Of a stretch of DNA of 64,000 bases, positions 1 to 9,127 are shown one piece after another (positions within the stretch are counted from its first letter, which is position 1; every line of letters starts with the position of its first letter). Origin of the DNA: Candidatus Multivorans sp. (lineage in GTDB: Bacteria; Acidobacteriota; Thermoanaerobaculia; Multivoradales; Multivoraceae); the NCBI GenBank assembly GCA_965247095.1, contig OZ251997.1, forward strand, positions 3,360,001-3,424,000, read 5' to 3'. The notes below the pieces were generated by a model. That model had not been told where the DNA came from. It saw only the letters and a program-made list of their open reading frames with translations, and did not search any database. The translations under genes and the position numbers were made by a program.

Positions 1-2
1 AC

Positions 3-677
3 CGGGAGCGTCTGGACGTCTTCCGCCACGGCCTCATTGCCGCCAACCTCGGCGACGCGGGGGGCTTCCACTACAAGAAAAGCCGCCGCGGCGACAGCGA
101 GATCGACCGCGCCGTGGCCGCGGCCCTGAGCGGGCTGGGCGAGGAACTCGCCACCGAGGACTTCTTCCCCTTCGGCTACGACGAACGCCAGTACTGCTCC
201 CCCGGCTTCGACCTGCCGGTCGGTGTCTTGACCCGCACCCCCTGGGGCCGCTATCCCGAGTACCACACCTCCGCCGACGATCTCAGCTTCATCGGCGCCG
301 AAGCCCTCGCCGGTTCGCTCGCCGCCTACCTGGCGACCGCCGCCGTGCTGGAGGAGAACACCGACCAGACTGGCAGGGAGGTCCGATCCGCTCCGACCCG
401 GAGTCGTCGCTTCGTCGCTCGCACTGACGCCCAGGACCGCCGATACCGCAACCTGGAGCCCTTCGGCGAAGCCCAGCTCGGCCGCCGCGGGCTCTACGGG
501 GGCCTCGGCGGCGCCGGCCGCAAGGAGCGGGAGATTGCCATGTTGTGGGTGCTCAACCAGAGCGACGGCGAGCACTCCCTGCTCGACATCGCGGAGCGCT
601 CGAGGCTACCGTTCGACGTGATCAGCGAGGTGGCGGAGGTTCTGCGTGAGGCGGGGTTGCTGGAGGCGGCGGACTAG
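3..677 (+). CDS. DUF4910-family aminopeptidase-like protein with C-terminal winged helix (5' partial); often linked to polysaccharide loci
   Basis: Open frame from window start; motifs DERQYCSPGFDLPVG, YPEYHTSADDL, GEAQLGRRGLY, MLWVLNQSDGEHSLLDIAERS. Confidence 0.8.
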   Translation, partial: RERLDVFRHGLIAANLGDAGGFHYKKSRRGDSEIDRAVAAALSGLGEELATEDFFPFGYDERQYCSPGFDLPVGVLTRTPWGRYPEYHTSADDLSFIGAEALAGSLAAYLATAAVLEENTDQTGREVRSAPTRSRRFVARTDAQDRRYRNLEPFGEAQLGRRGLYGGLGGAGRKEREIAMLWVLNQSDGEHSLLDIAERSRLPFDVISEVAEVLREAGLLEAAD

Positions 678-3007
678 GGCTCCACGACCCTCATCGGCAG
701 CCGTAGCGGCGCCACGCCGCGGCTCGCAAACCAGGCGACCTGCTCGTAGACCAGGTCGATCTCGAGCGTGTAGTCGCCTGCTGCGTCCGGTGCGCGGACC
801 GGCAGGGCGATCGTCTCGAAGGCGCCCGGGCTCATGCGCGGCAGCAGGCTGCGCGGGCCCTCCGGGCCGACCTGGGGGCCGGCTTCCGCGCCGTCGCCTT
901 CCGCGGCCACGATTCCTTGACGCCAGCGGGCACCCAGGTTGACTCCCACGGCGCCCTGGCGCTCCCACGCCACGTTCGACTCGTTGCTCACCCCTATCGG
1001 AAGCTGGACTTCGGCGCCTGCCTCAAGCGTTGCCGGCACCAGGCCCACGGTGCCGATCCGGGCCGCAAAGACATCGGCGTTCAGATGCTCCTCGCTACCC
1101 AGGATCCGCAACTCGGCGCCGAGGTAGAAAGTCTCCTCGGTCTCCTGGTTCCAGGCGTAGACGGCGCACGGGGCGGGCGGCCGGACCTTGGTCCACTTGG
1201 TCGGCGCGCCGCGGGCTGTCTCGACCCTCAGACGGTGGACATAGCTCCGATGGCCGTCCCGCCGTCTCACCTTGTGGGGCTTCCCGGAGCGGAGCGTCAC
1301 CCGTTGGGCCCGGTCGGCTTCGGTCACCTCCACGTCGACCCTGGCGCCGCCGTCGAGGCGCAGCCGCAGGGTGTTCGGAGCGACCGGCGAGGAGACGCCG
1401 AGCACCAGGCTGTCGAATCGCTGCCGGGACTCGATCAGGATCTCGCTCGGGCCGCGGGCCGCGACCCACCAGGACCCGCCTCGCGCCAGCACCCGGTCCG
1501 CCCGTCCCATGACGGACATGCCGGCCGCCGCCCTCCTCTCGTAGCCGGGCACGTTGCGCAGCGAGAGTTCGAGCGGCAGGTAGCGGAGCGGTGCGTTGCG
1601 GGTGTGCGCCTGCAGCGTCGGCGCGGGCACGGTGACGCCGAAGGGCGCCAGCACCATGGCGCCGGCGAACAGCCCGGCCGCGGTGAAGCCCGCCGGCAGC
1701 GTCCAGGGCGGGATCCGGCCCGGGACCAGGAACAGGAAGGCCGGGACGACGCTGACGAAGTAGCGGTTGCCGACGAAGCCGCCGCCGCCCTGCCAGTTCC
1801 AGCCGATGAAGAGCAGGAAGTAGCCGGCGACCGCAACCAGGGACAGGAGCAGCAGCCAGCGGTCCCGGTCGCGGCGACCGCCGAGCAGGAACAGAGCCAG
1901 GGCGATGCCGGTGAAGGGGTGGTAGGGCAGCAGGCCGGCGTGCCGGCCGACCAGGAAGTAGCCGATGTTCTCGACCACCTGCCCCACAGACTGGCGCGGG
2001 ATGCGGAACAGCCACGTGAACGCGTTGCCGGTCGGGGACTCGGGAATCGCGTTCGCACTCGTCGAGCCGGCGGCCGGTCCCGGCTCGCCGGCGCTTTGCG
2101 CCTCCTCGATCCGGCGCGCCTCGATGATCTCGGGCGGCCAGTCGCCGGGCTCGCACACCCGCACCGCGGCCCGCACGTCGGACCCGAGGTAGGGCAGGAT
2201 CTGGCCCGTCATGCGCTGGGACATCGCCGCCAGCAGCGCCAGGGTGACGGCGAAACCGGCGGTCCAGACGGCGGCCGTCCGCCACTGCCGGCGCAGCAGG
2301 AAGGCGCCCGCGAGGGCGAGGGCGATGGCGGCGAACATCGGCTTGTTGTAGGTGGGGAGCGCGAGCAGCACGCCGGAGAGGGCGGTCAGCCACAGGGTGC
2401 GGCGGCGGTTCTCGAAGCCCCAGTACAGCGCGCCGAAGACGCCGAACATGTTGAACACCTCGGGCTGCAGCCAGAACACGTAGCGGGAGCATGCCGAGAG
2501 CAGCAACAGGCCGCAGGCAAAGGCGGCGGCAGTTGCGGGCGCGGTGCGGCGGGCGAGGAACACCGCGGCCAGCCACAGCATGGCGACGAACAGCGCCATG
2601 TTGAGGAACACCATGCCGTTGGCGCCGAAGAGCACAGCGAAAGGCGCGGCGAACAGCGGGTAGGCGAGCGGCTTGCCGTAGTGCGCGGTGCTCCAGCCGT
2701 CGGACGTCATCAGGATCAGGTTGTGGGTGGAGGCGAAGGGGAACTCCTCCAGCAGCCGGTCGCCGTCCGCCGGCAGGTAGCGCAGGTCGAAGTCGCGGGC
2801 GAGGCTCAGCGCCATCAGGTAGTAGGCCGGCTCGTCGGCCTTGAGCGTCGGCGGCTGGCCGGGTTTACCGATCGTGAGCGGGACGGTGAGCAGGAAGCAA
2901 CTCAGAGCGGCCAGGGTCACGACCGTGGGCCGGCTTTTGAACAGTCCCTCGCGGCGCCGGAGCAGAGACCGGAGCCGCCTGGTCAACCCTGCGGCGCCCG
3001 CGGTCAC
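674..3007 (-). CDS. Multi-pass membrane protein, GT-C glycosyltransferase-like, with C-terminal Ig-like domain
   Basis: Many TM segments; ADEPAYY after TM1; WQGGGGFVGNRYF loop; GTG start at 3007 overlaps the upstream stop (GTGA). Confidence 0.6.
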   Translation of the reverse strand: MTAGAAGLTRRLRSLLRRREGLFKSRPTVVTLAALSCFLLTVPLTIGKPGQPPTLKADEPAYYLMALSLARDFDLRYLPADGDRLLEEFPFASTHNLILMTSDGWSTAHYGKPLAYPLFAAPFAVLFGANGMVFLNMALFVAMLWLAAVFLARRTAPATAAAFACGLLLLSACSRYVFWLQPEVFNMFGVFGALYWGFENRRRTLWLTALSGVLLALPTYNKPMFAAIALALAGAFLLRRQWRTAAVWTAGFAVTLALLAAMSQRMTGQILPYLGSDVRAAVRVCEPGDWPPEIIEARRIEEAQSAGEPGPAAGSTSANAIPESPTGNAFTWLFRIPRQSVGQVVENIGYFLVGRHAGLLPYHPFTGIALALFLLGGRRDRDRWLLLLSLVAVAGYFLLFIGWNWQGGGGFVGNRYFVSVVPAFLFLVPGRIPPWTLPAGFTAAGLFAGAMVLAPFGVTVPAPTLQAHTRNAPLRYLPLELSLRNVPGYERRAAAGMSVMGRADRVLARGGSWWVAARGPSEILIESRQRFDSLVLGVSSPVAPNTLRLRLDGGARVDVEVTEADRAQRVTLRSGKPHKVRRRDGHRSYVHRLRVETARGAPTKWTKVRPPAPCAVYAWNQETEETFYLGAELRILGSEEHLNADVFAARIGTVGLVPATLEAGAEVQLPIGVSNESNVAWERQGAVGVNLGARWRQGIVAAEGDGAEAGPQVGPEGPRSLLPRMSPGAFETIALPVRAPDAAGDYTLEIDLVYEQVAWFASRGVAPLRLPMRVVEP

Positions 3008-4056
3008 GGTCGGACTCCGGGCGGCGTCCCGGACGCCGATCGCCAGCCGCCGGCCTCGGGCCAGTGCGCGCGCAGGAGACCCGAGGAGGGGTCCAGGTCG
3101 ACGACGGGCGGTGTTTCCGATGGCGCCGCGAAGTCCACGGACGACCCGGGTCCGGCCGCAGTCCACGTTCGCGTCGTCCCACGAAGGAAGAGGAGCGTGT
3201 CACCGTTCCCGACCCACTCGGGGTAGAGCGAGTCGGGCGGCGCCGCCCACTTCTCGTCCCGCCACTCTCCCTGTTCGAACCGGGCCGTCCGCACCCGATA
3301 GACGCTCCCGTCGTAGCGGCTCCAGGCCACCGCGGCGCCGTCCGCGGTGACCAGCAGCCGGGGCGTGATGTCGGGCACCCGGTTGTCCGGCGAGACGCGG
3401 CCTCCGGCCCAGCTTCCGTCCGGCTGCCCTTGCCGCCAGACCAGATCGTCGTCGTTGCCGTCGAAGGCGGACCACACGAGCAGCCAGGAACCGTCGGCGA
3501 GGACCGCGGCGTCGAGTGCGGTCTGCGACCCGGGCCCGGCGCCGACGAGGCGGGTCGCCGGCTCGAACTTTCCGTCGCGGTAGGGAGACAGCCACACCTC
3601 CTGGGCGCGGGGCCGGGTTGCCTCGAGCCAGGCGAGTCCCTGCACGGGCCCCGCGCCGGCGGCCGCCAGCCAGCGCGCGGAGGCCATCTGGATCGCCCCG
3701 GTCGGGCGGTCGGGCGGAGGAAGAGCGCGGATCTGGCCGTCGCGGCCGCGGTGGAGCCTGAGGCGGGGTCGGTTCCTGTCCACGGCGACTCCCGCTACCG
3801 CCCATTCCTGCACGCCGTCGGGGTCGCGGCCGAGCAGCACCAAATCGTCGTAGCGGACGGACGTCACCGGTGGCGGCGTCGCCGGCAGTTCCACTGCCTG
3901 GTCGGGGCCCAGCCACAGGGTCGGGCGCCCGGCCGTCGCCTCCAGGTGAGCCCAGTCCTGTCCCTGATAGGCGGTCAGCCCGTCGGCGGCGAGACCCGGC
4001 GGGAACCCGGCGCTCCAGGCAAGGAACGCCAGCGTCAGGCAGAGCGGCCTTCGCAT
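3004..4056 (-). CDS. Secreted hypothetical protein (beta-rich, propeller-like repeats)
   Basis: Signal peptide MRRPLCLTLAFLAWSAG...; repeated LLVWSAFDGNDDD / AVAWSRYDGSVY motifs. Confidence 0.6.
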   Translation of the reverse strand: MRRPLCLTLAFLAWSAGFPPGLAADGLTAYQGQDWAHLEATAGRPTLWLGPDQAVELPATPPPVTSVRYDDLVLLGRDPDGVQEWAVAGVAVDRNRPRLRLHRGRDGQIRALPPPDRPTGAIQMASARWLAAAGAGPVQGLAWLEATRPRAQEVWLSPYRDGKFEPATRLVGAGPGSQTALDAAVLADGSWLLVWSAFDGNDDDLVWRQGQPDGSWAGGRVSPDNRVPDITPRLLVTADGAAVAWSRYDGSVYRVRTARFEQGEWRDEKWAAPPDSLYPEWVGNGDTLLFLRGTTRTWTAAGPGSSVDFAAPSETPPVVDLDPSSGLLRAHWPEAGGWRSASGTPPGVRP

Positions 4057-4097
4057 CGGCCTCAGCTTACCGGGCAGCAGGCCGGTAAGCTCCGCGC

Positions 4098-4829
4098 GTG
4101 TCGAGATTTGCCGAGCGGATCGTGGTGGTGGCCGGCGCCACGGGAGCGATCGGCGGCGCCGTCGCTCGGCGGCTGGCGGCGGAGGGCGCTTCCCTGGTGC
4201 TCCTGAGTCGGGACGAGGCGCGTCTGGCGGCGACCGCCGGCGAACTGGAGGGCGCGGATGGCGTCATCCGAACCGTCGCCGGCGACCTGACCGAAGCCGC
4301 GGTGAGCGACGCCGCCGGGGCGGTCTCGGAGTCGCTCGGCGACGGCATCGATCTTCTGGTGCATGCCGCGGGCGCCTTTCGCGCGGGCGCCTTCGAGACG
4401 GCGCCGGCCGGTGACCTCGACCTCCAGCTCGCGGTCAACGCGCGCGCTCCCTACCTCTTGACCCGGCGGCTGCTTCCCGGTCTCCGCCGGCGCGGCGGCC
4501 TGGTCGTGTTCGTCAACTCGACGGCGGGGCTTGTGGCCGGGGCGGGGAGCGCCGCGTATGCCGCCAGCAAGCACGCCTTGAGGGCCCTGGCGGATGCCCT
4601 GCGCGCCGAGGTCAACGCGGACGGCGTTCGCGTGCTGAGCGTCTACCCCGGCCGCACCCGGAGCCGGATGCAGCAGGACGTCTGTCGCAGCCTGGGGCAG
4701 CACTACGACGCGGAACGCTTCCTCGACCCGGTCGACGTCGCGTCGGCGATCGTCGAGGCCGCGGCGCTGCCGCCGTCGGCCGAGGTGGTCGACCTGCGGC
4801 TCCGGCCCGCCCTCAAACCGCGGCTCTGA
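4098..4829 (+). CDS. SDR family oxidoreductase
   Basis: AGATGAIG Rossmann motif, NSTAG, catalytic YAASK. Confidence 0.9.
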   Translation: MSRFAERIVVVAGATGAIGGAVARRLAAEGASLVLLSRDEARLAATAGELEGADGVIRTVAGDLTEAAVSDAAGAVSESLGDGIDLLVHAAGAFRAGAFETAPAGDLDLQLAVNARAPYLLTRRLLPGLRRRGGLVVFVNSTAGLVAGAGSAAYAASKHALRALADALRAEVNADGVRVLSVYPGRTRSRMQQDVCRSLGQHYDAERFLDPVDVASAIVEAAALPPSAEVVDLRLRPALKPRL

Positions 4830-4866
4830 GCCGCTGGCGCGCCCAGGAGCGCGTCGCGGCCGGCAC

Positions 4867-6399
4867 TCAGGGCGTTCGCTTCCTCGGCGAGGTGACCACG
4901 TACCCTAGCGCCTTCAGCCGCTCCAGTTCCTCCGGTGTGATCTCCGGTTCGCCGCGCTCGGCCAGCAGGGCCGCCCGGTCCACGCCGTTCGCCGACAGCC
5001 AGCGACTCTGCAGGCGGCGTGCGAAGTCGTCTTCGGCGGGAATGGGCTGGACCGTTCCGTCCGCGGACCACTCGAACGACTCGAGTTGAGGCCGGGTCCC
5101 CGGTGCGCCCATCAGCGGTGGGGCTGCCTCGAACTGCCGCTCGAGCCGGGCTACGAGCTCCTCGGGTTCCTCCGCCAGCGGCGCCGGCGGTTCGCCGTCC
5201 GCTAGCGCCAGCATCGCGTCGTAGTAGCGGTCCTCGGCCGGCGCGAATCGGCTCTTCCAGAGCAGTTGGCGCCCCTCCTCGACCAGGGACAGGTGATTTG
5301 TGCCGTTGCCCACGTAGAGCTCCGACAGCGCGCCGGCAGGGCTCGGCTCGAACAGGCTCGGCGGACTGCCCGGCGGCGGCGTCCCTCCCGCGGCCGCGAT
5401 CAGGGTCGAGAAGAGGCGATAGTTGGCGACCACAGGTCCGGGGTCGAGCGGCTGGGTCCAGCCGGCCGGCAGCTTGACGATCAGCGGCACCTCGATCAGC
5501 ACCCGGTGCAGGCTGTTGCCGTGCAGGACCTGGCCGTTCTCGCCGAACTCCTCGCCGTGGTCCGAGGTCACGGCGATCAAGGCGTCGTCGAAGTGCCCGC
5601 TCTCGCGCAGCGCCTCCAGCATGGCGCCGACCTGGGCGTCGGCGTAGGCCGCGTTCAGTTGGTAGAGCTGCCAGGCGCGCTCACGGTGATCCGGGTCGAG
5701 GGGGATGTCCGGATCGGCGAACGGCCTCATCTGCAGGGGCGTGATCCGCTCCGGCAGGTCGTCGCGCGGCGCCGTCAGGCGGTCGAGGTACGGAGCATGG
5801 AGGAGGTAGGGCGCGTGCGGGGGCAGCACGTGCATCCAGACGAACTGGGGTCCCCCGTCCAGGGCGCGGAGAATCTCGGTCACGCGCTCCATCCGGGTCA
5901 CCGGGCCGAAGCGTTCGAAACCGCGAACGTAGCCGAAGGTTTGGGTGAGCCAACTGTTCGAGCGGAAGGCCGCGTTCTGGAAACCCAGATCGCGCAGGAT
6001 CTCCGGCAGGGTCGGCAGGTCGTCCCGGAGACGAGCGCGCGCGCTGTGCCAACTGCCATGCCGCCAGGGTTGCCGTCCGGTGAAGAGCGATGCCATGGAC
6101 GGCACCGTCCAGCTCGAACTCGCAATCGCTGTGCCGGCCCAATCCGCGTCGGTGGCCAGACGGTCGAGGTGCGGCATCAGGCCGCTCCCGACCAGGTCGG
6201 CGCGCAGCGCGTCGACCGTGATCAGGACGATCGGCCCGCGGTGGACCGGCGGCGCTTCGGAGCAGCCGGTGGCCAGGGTCGCGACGGCCAGAACGCCGGC
6301 AGCGATGCGGGTTCCATCCGTGCGCCCGATGACGGGCGCACGGACTGGTTCGCCCGTGGCGCGGAGCGCCACGGGGGTTCCGGCCGGGCGTCGCCTCAT
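4867..6399 (-). CDS. Sulfatase-like hydrolase/transferase (alkaline phosphatase superfamily), probable lipoprotein
   Basis: VLITVDALRAD, SSWTVPSMASLFTG, PPHAPY, TSDHGEEFGE, VPLIVK; LATGC lipobox-like sequence. Confidence 0.85.
   Translation of the reverse strand: MRRRPAGTPVALRATGEPVRAPVIGRTDGTRIAAGVLAVATLATGCSEAPPVHRGPIVLITVDALRADLVGSGLMPHLDRLATDADWAGTAIASSSWTVPSMASLFTGRQPWRHGSWHSARARLRDDLPTLPEILRDLGFQNAAFRSNSWLTQTFGYVRGFERFGPVTRMERVTEILRALDGGPQFVWMHVLPPHAPYLLHAPYLDRLTAPRDDLPERITPLQMRPFADPDIPLDPDHRERAWQLYQLNAAYADAQVGAMLEALRESGHFDDALIAVTSDHGEEFGENGQVLHGNSLHRVLIEVPLIVKLPAGWTQPLDPGPVVANYRLFSTLIAAAGGTPPPGSPPSLFEPSPAGALSELYVGNGTNHLSLVEEGRQLLWKSRFAPAEDRYYDAMLALADGEPPAPLAEEPEELVARLERQFEAAPPLMGAPGTRPQLESFEWSADGTVQPIPAEDDFARRLQSRWLSANGVDRAALLAERGEPEITPEELERLKALGYVVTSPRKRTP
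6308..6381 (-). repeat. Double-hairpin palindromic element (module X), copy in the N-terminus of the sulfatase-like gene
   Basis: Minus strand GGAACCCCCGTGGCGCTCCGCGCCACGGGCGAACCAGTCCGTGCGCCCGTCATCGGGCGCACGGATGGAACCCG aligns with 9794-9864 and 47821-47899. Confidence 0.85.
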
Positions 6400-6429
6400 G
6401 CCGGCTACCTTATGGCGGACGGTCGCCCC

Positions 6430-7824
6430 TTACTGAGGCAGGAGCTCGACGTGGAGGTCCGACCAGGCCCAGCCGGGCTGGGCCGGTTCGTTGTCGTACT
6501 CGCCGCGGAAGCCGAAGCCGACCGCGATCCGTTGCCCCGGCGCGAAGGGAATCGCGGAGATGTTCGGCTGGCCAACGGAACGCATGACCTCGGCGCCGTT
6601 CGAATCGGTCAGGGACAGGACGATCTGGCCGCCGGCGGCGTCGAAGTCGAACATGACGTCATAGGTCTCGTTGGGCCGCATCAGGTGAGGCGTCGCCACG
6701 CGCTGCTTGTTGACGTGGTTGATTCCCCAGTCGGTGCGGTAGAACACCTGGGCCGGCCCACCGGGTCCCTTGGCGATGCCGAACCCGAACAGGTCGACGT
6801 GCTTCTCGCGCGCCAGCCAGAACAGGTTCTGGTTGCGCGACGAAACCCGGTTCCAGCCGCCGTGATGGACCTTGAAGCGGAAGACCGCCCGCTGGTAGGA
6901 GCCGGGCGGTGTGTTCAGTCGCCTCTCGAAACTGGGCTGGGCGTTCGTGGCGCGGTGGAAGGTGCCTTCGAGATCCATGCACACCCAGCCCGAGGTGCAG
7001 GAACTGGACACTGGAGGAGGCGGGTCCGGATCCGGTGTCGGCGGCTCGCCGTAGCCCGGCGGTCGGAGCGCCGAGGCGCCGCTCTGGGATGGTTGCAGGA
7101 CAGTCAGCAGGTCCGCATCGTCATCGGCGACCAGTCCGGCGACATAGAAGTTGTCGGCACAGCTTGTGGAGATCGTGTAGTGATCGCCGAGATCGATGCC
7201 GACCACCTTCAGCACATCGGTGACATAGGTCAGGGACAGCGGCAGGTGGCTGAGGACCCGGGATTCCAGGGCCCAGTTGCCGTCGTGGCTGCGCACCCTG
7301 TGTTCGCAGGTGTTGCTGGAGTGGGACAGGTTGAGGATCGCGTAGTCCGAGCGGTCACGGCTGTCCCGCCGAATCCCGGACACGAAGGCCCAGGTTCCGC
7401 CGGGGACCATGTTGTCCGAGTCGACGATCGGGACCTGCTCTCGCAGACCCACCCGCCTGCCGCTCGAGTCCGTGGGCATCGTGTAGGCATGGAAGGTGAG
7501 TTCGCCGTGGGCGACGAGTTCGACCATCGAGGGGTCGTCACCGGCCAGGTTGCTGTACTGCATCGTGCGACCGGCGGGAACCGACATGCTGATCGGCGAC
7601 TCGGGCCGCTGGGTGCCGTTGGTCCCGGAGGCGATGGGCAGAATGTCGAAGCTCTGACTCTCGTCCGTCGGATTGTGGACGCTGAGCAGGACTTCCTTGG
7701 CTTCGTCGTCGTGCGCGATCAGCACGTAGAACGTGTCCTGTGCGAACAGGGCAGCCGGCAAACCGACCAGAAGAGTCGCGAGGGCCATTGCCGCCACTCC
7801 TGGTTTGCCGATTGGCTTCGTCAT
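6430..7824 (-). CDS. Secreted two-domain hypothetical protein with Pro-rich linker
   Basis: ATG at 7824, signal peptide ending ALFA-QD, EPPTPDPDPPPP linker. Confidence 0.65.
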   Translation of the reverse strand: MTKPIGKPGVAAMALATLLVGLPAALFAQDTFYVLIAHDDEAKEVLLSVHNPTDESQSFDILPIASGTNGTQRPESPISMSVPAGRTMQYSNLAGDDPSMVELVAHGELTFHAYTMPTDSSGRRVGLREQVPIVDSDNMVPGGTWAFVSGIRRDSRDRSDYAILNLSHSSNTCEHRVRSHDGNWALESRVLSHLPLSLTYVTDVLKVVGIDLGDHYTISTSCADNFYVAGLVADDDADLLTVLQPSQSGASALRPPGYGEPPTPDPDPPPPVSSSCTSGWVCMDLEGTFHRATNAQPSFERRLNTPPGSYQRAVFRFKVHHGGWNRVSSRNQNLFWLAREKHVDLFGFGIAKGPGGPAQVFYRTDWGINHVNKQRVATPHLMRPNETYDVMFDFDAAGGQIVLSLTDSNGAEVMRSVGQPNISAIPFAPGQRIAVGFGFRGEYDNEPAQPGWAWSDLHVELLPQ

Positions 7825-7943
7825 CGGATTTCTCCCTTGCCTGTGGAGATCTCGCTGATACGTAGAAACATCCATAATAGCATATAAGTCGGTTGGAGGG
7901 AACCCGTTAGAAGGTCTCGATCCTTGCCTGTAACATTCCGAGC

Positions 7944-9110
7944 TTGACTGCCAACCGCTTCTCCGGGCGCCTCGGAACAGTCCCGCGGGCCGCCGCACTC
8001 GGCGCTGCGCTGCTCGCTCTGGGCGCGGTCGCGGGTGCCCAGACACCGAGTCATTGCAAGGCCTTCGGCGACAGCATCACGGCCGGTGCCGGTGACGATC
8101 CGGGGCGCGCCGAGGCCGGCTATCCGCCCCGTCTCGAAGCTCTGGCGCCCGGCCTGGTGGTCGATAACCGGGGCGTCGGCGCCGAGCGGACGCCGGAAGG
8201 TCTGGCCCGCATCGACGGCGTGCTGGCGGAGCCGGGGGACTGCCTGTTGCTGATGGAGGGCACGAACGACATCGGCCGCGGCATTTCGCCGGAGACCACC
8301 CTGTTCAACCTGGACCGTATGGCCGCCCGAGCAGCCGCCGCCGGCCGGACGCCGTACCACGCCACCCTGATTCCCCGCTTGCCGAATGCCCGTTTCGATC
8401 CGAACAACTGGCAGAACCAGGATCTGGTGCAGTCGATCCGGCGGCTGGCGGCGATTCGAGGCCGCGGCCTGGTCGATCCGTTTGAGCTCTTCAGTACGCG
8501 GAAGCGCCTGTTCCACGCGTTCTACTACGCCGGCATCGAGGATCCCGTCGGGCACCCGAACGGCGCCGGCTACGACCTCCTCGCCTCGGTCTTCGCCGAC
8601 GTGCTCCAGGCTACGGACGCGGCGCCGCCCGTCCCGACACGGGTGATCCCGGCACACGGCGCCGAGGAGATTCCGCCCGCGAGTGCCCTGGAGGTCGAGG
8701 TGCGGGACTTCGGCAGCGCCATCGACACAGGTTCCGTGGTGCTCACGGTCGATGGCTCGCCGGCGCCGGCGCCTGGCGTCAGCGACGACGGACGTTGGCT
8801 GCGGTGGCGTTTCTCGCCGGCGGCGCCACTCGACGGCGTGGTGACGCTGTCCTTGCGCGCCAGCGATGCCGAGGGCAACGTCTACGACCGCATGGTGGGC
8901 CGCTTCCTGGTCGAGGGGGCCGTTCTGCCGCGGGGCGACATCGATCGGGACGGTCGCGTGGACGGCCGGGATCTGGTATTCCTGGGTCTCGCGTTCGGGG
9001 CGGCCTCGAGGTCCCGCCGCTTCGACGCCGATGCCGATTTCGACGGCAGCGGCCAGGTGGACGGCGAGGATCTGGCCATCCTCGCGGCGAACTTCGGCGC
9101 TGGTCTCTGA
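7944..9110 (+). CDS. Secreted SGNH/GDSL hydrolase with Ig-like and C-terminal dockerin-like domains
   Basis: FGDSIT, MEGTND, DPVGHPN; paired Ca-binding loops GDIDRDGRVDGRD and DADFDGSGQVDGED. Confidence 0.8.
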   Translation: MTANRFSGRLGTVPRAAALGAALLALGAVAGAQTPSHCKAFGDSITAGAGDDPGRAEAGYPPRLEALAPGLVVDNRGVGAERTPEGLARIDGVLAEPGDCLLLMEGTNDIGRGISPETTLFNLDRMAARAAAAGRTPYHATLIPRLPNARFDPNNWQNQDLVQSIRRLAAIRGRGLVDPFELFSTRKRLFHAFYYAGIEDPVGHPNGAGYDLLASVFADVLQATDAAPPVPTRVIPAHGAEEIPPASALEVEVRDFGSAIDTGSVVLTVDGSPAPAPGVSDDGRWLRWRFSPAAPLDGVVTLSLRASDAEGNVYDRMVGRFLVEGAVLPRGDIDRDGRVDGRDLVFLGLAFGAASRSRRFDADADFDGSGQVDGEDLAILAANFGAGL

Positions 9111-9127
9111 GAGCCAGGGGAGTGAAC

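Noticed and set aside
917-7887. Long antisense ORFs (917-3226, 5266-7887; likewise 17199-18896, 21182-23650, 37212-39092, 43630-45681, 53867-56437)
   Set aside because: Shadow ORFs opposite real genes, expected in high-GC DNA; no protein motifs.
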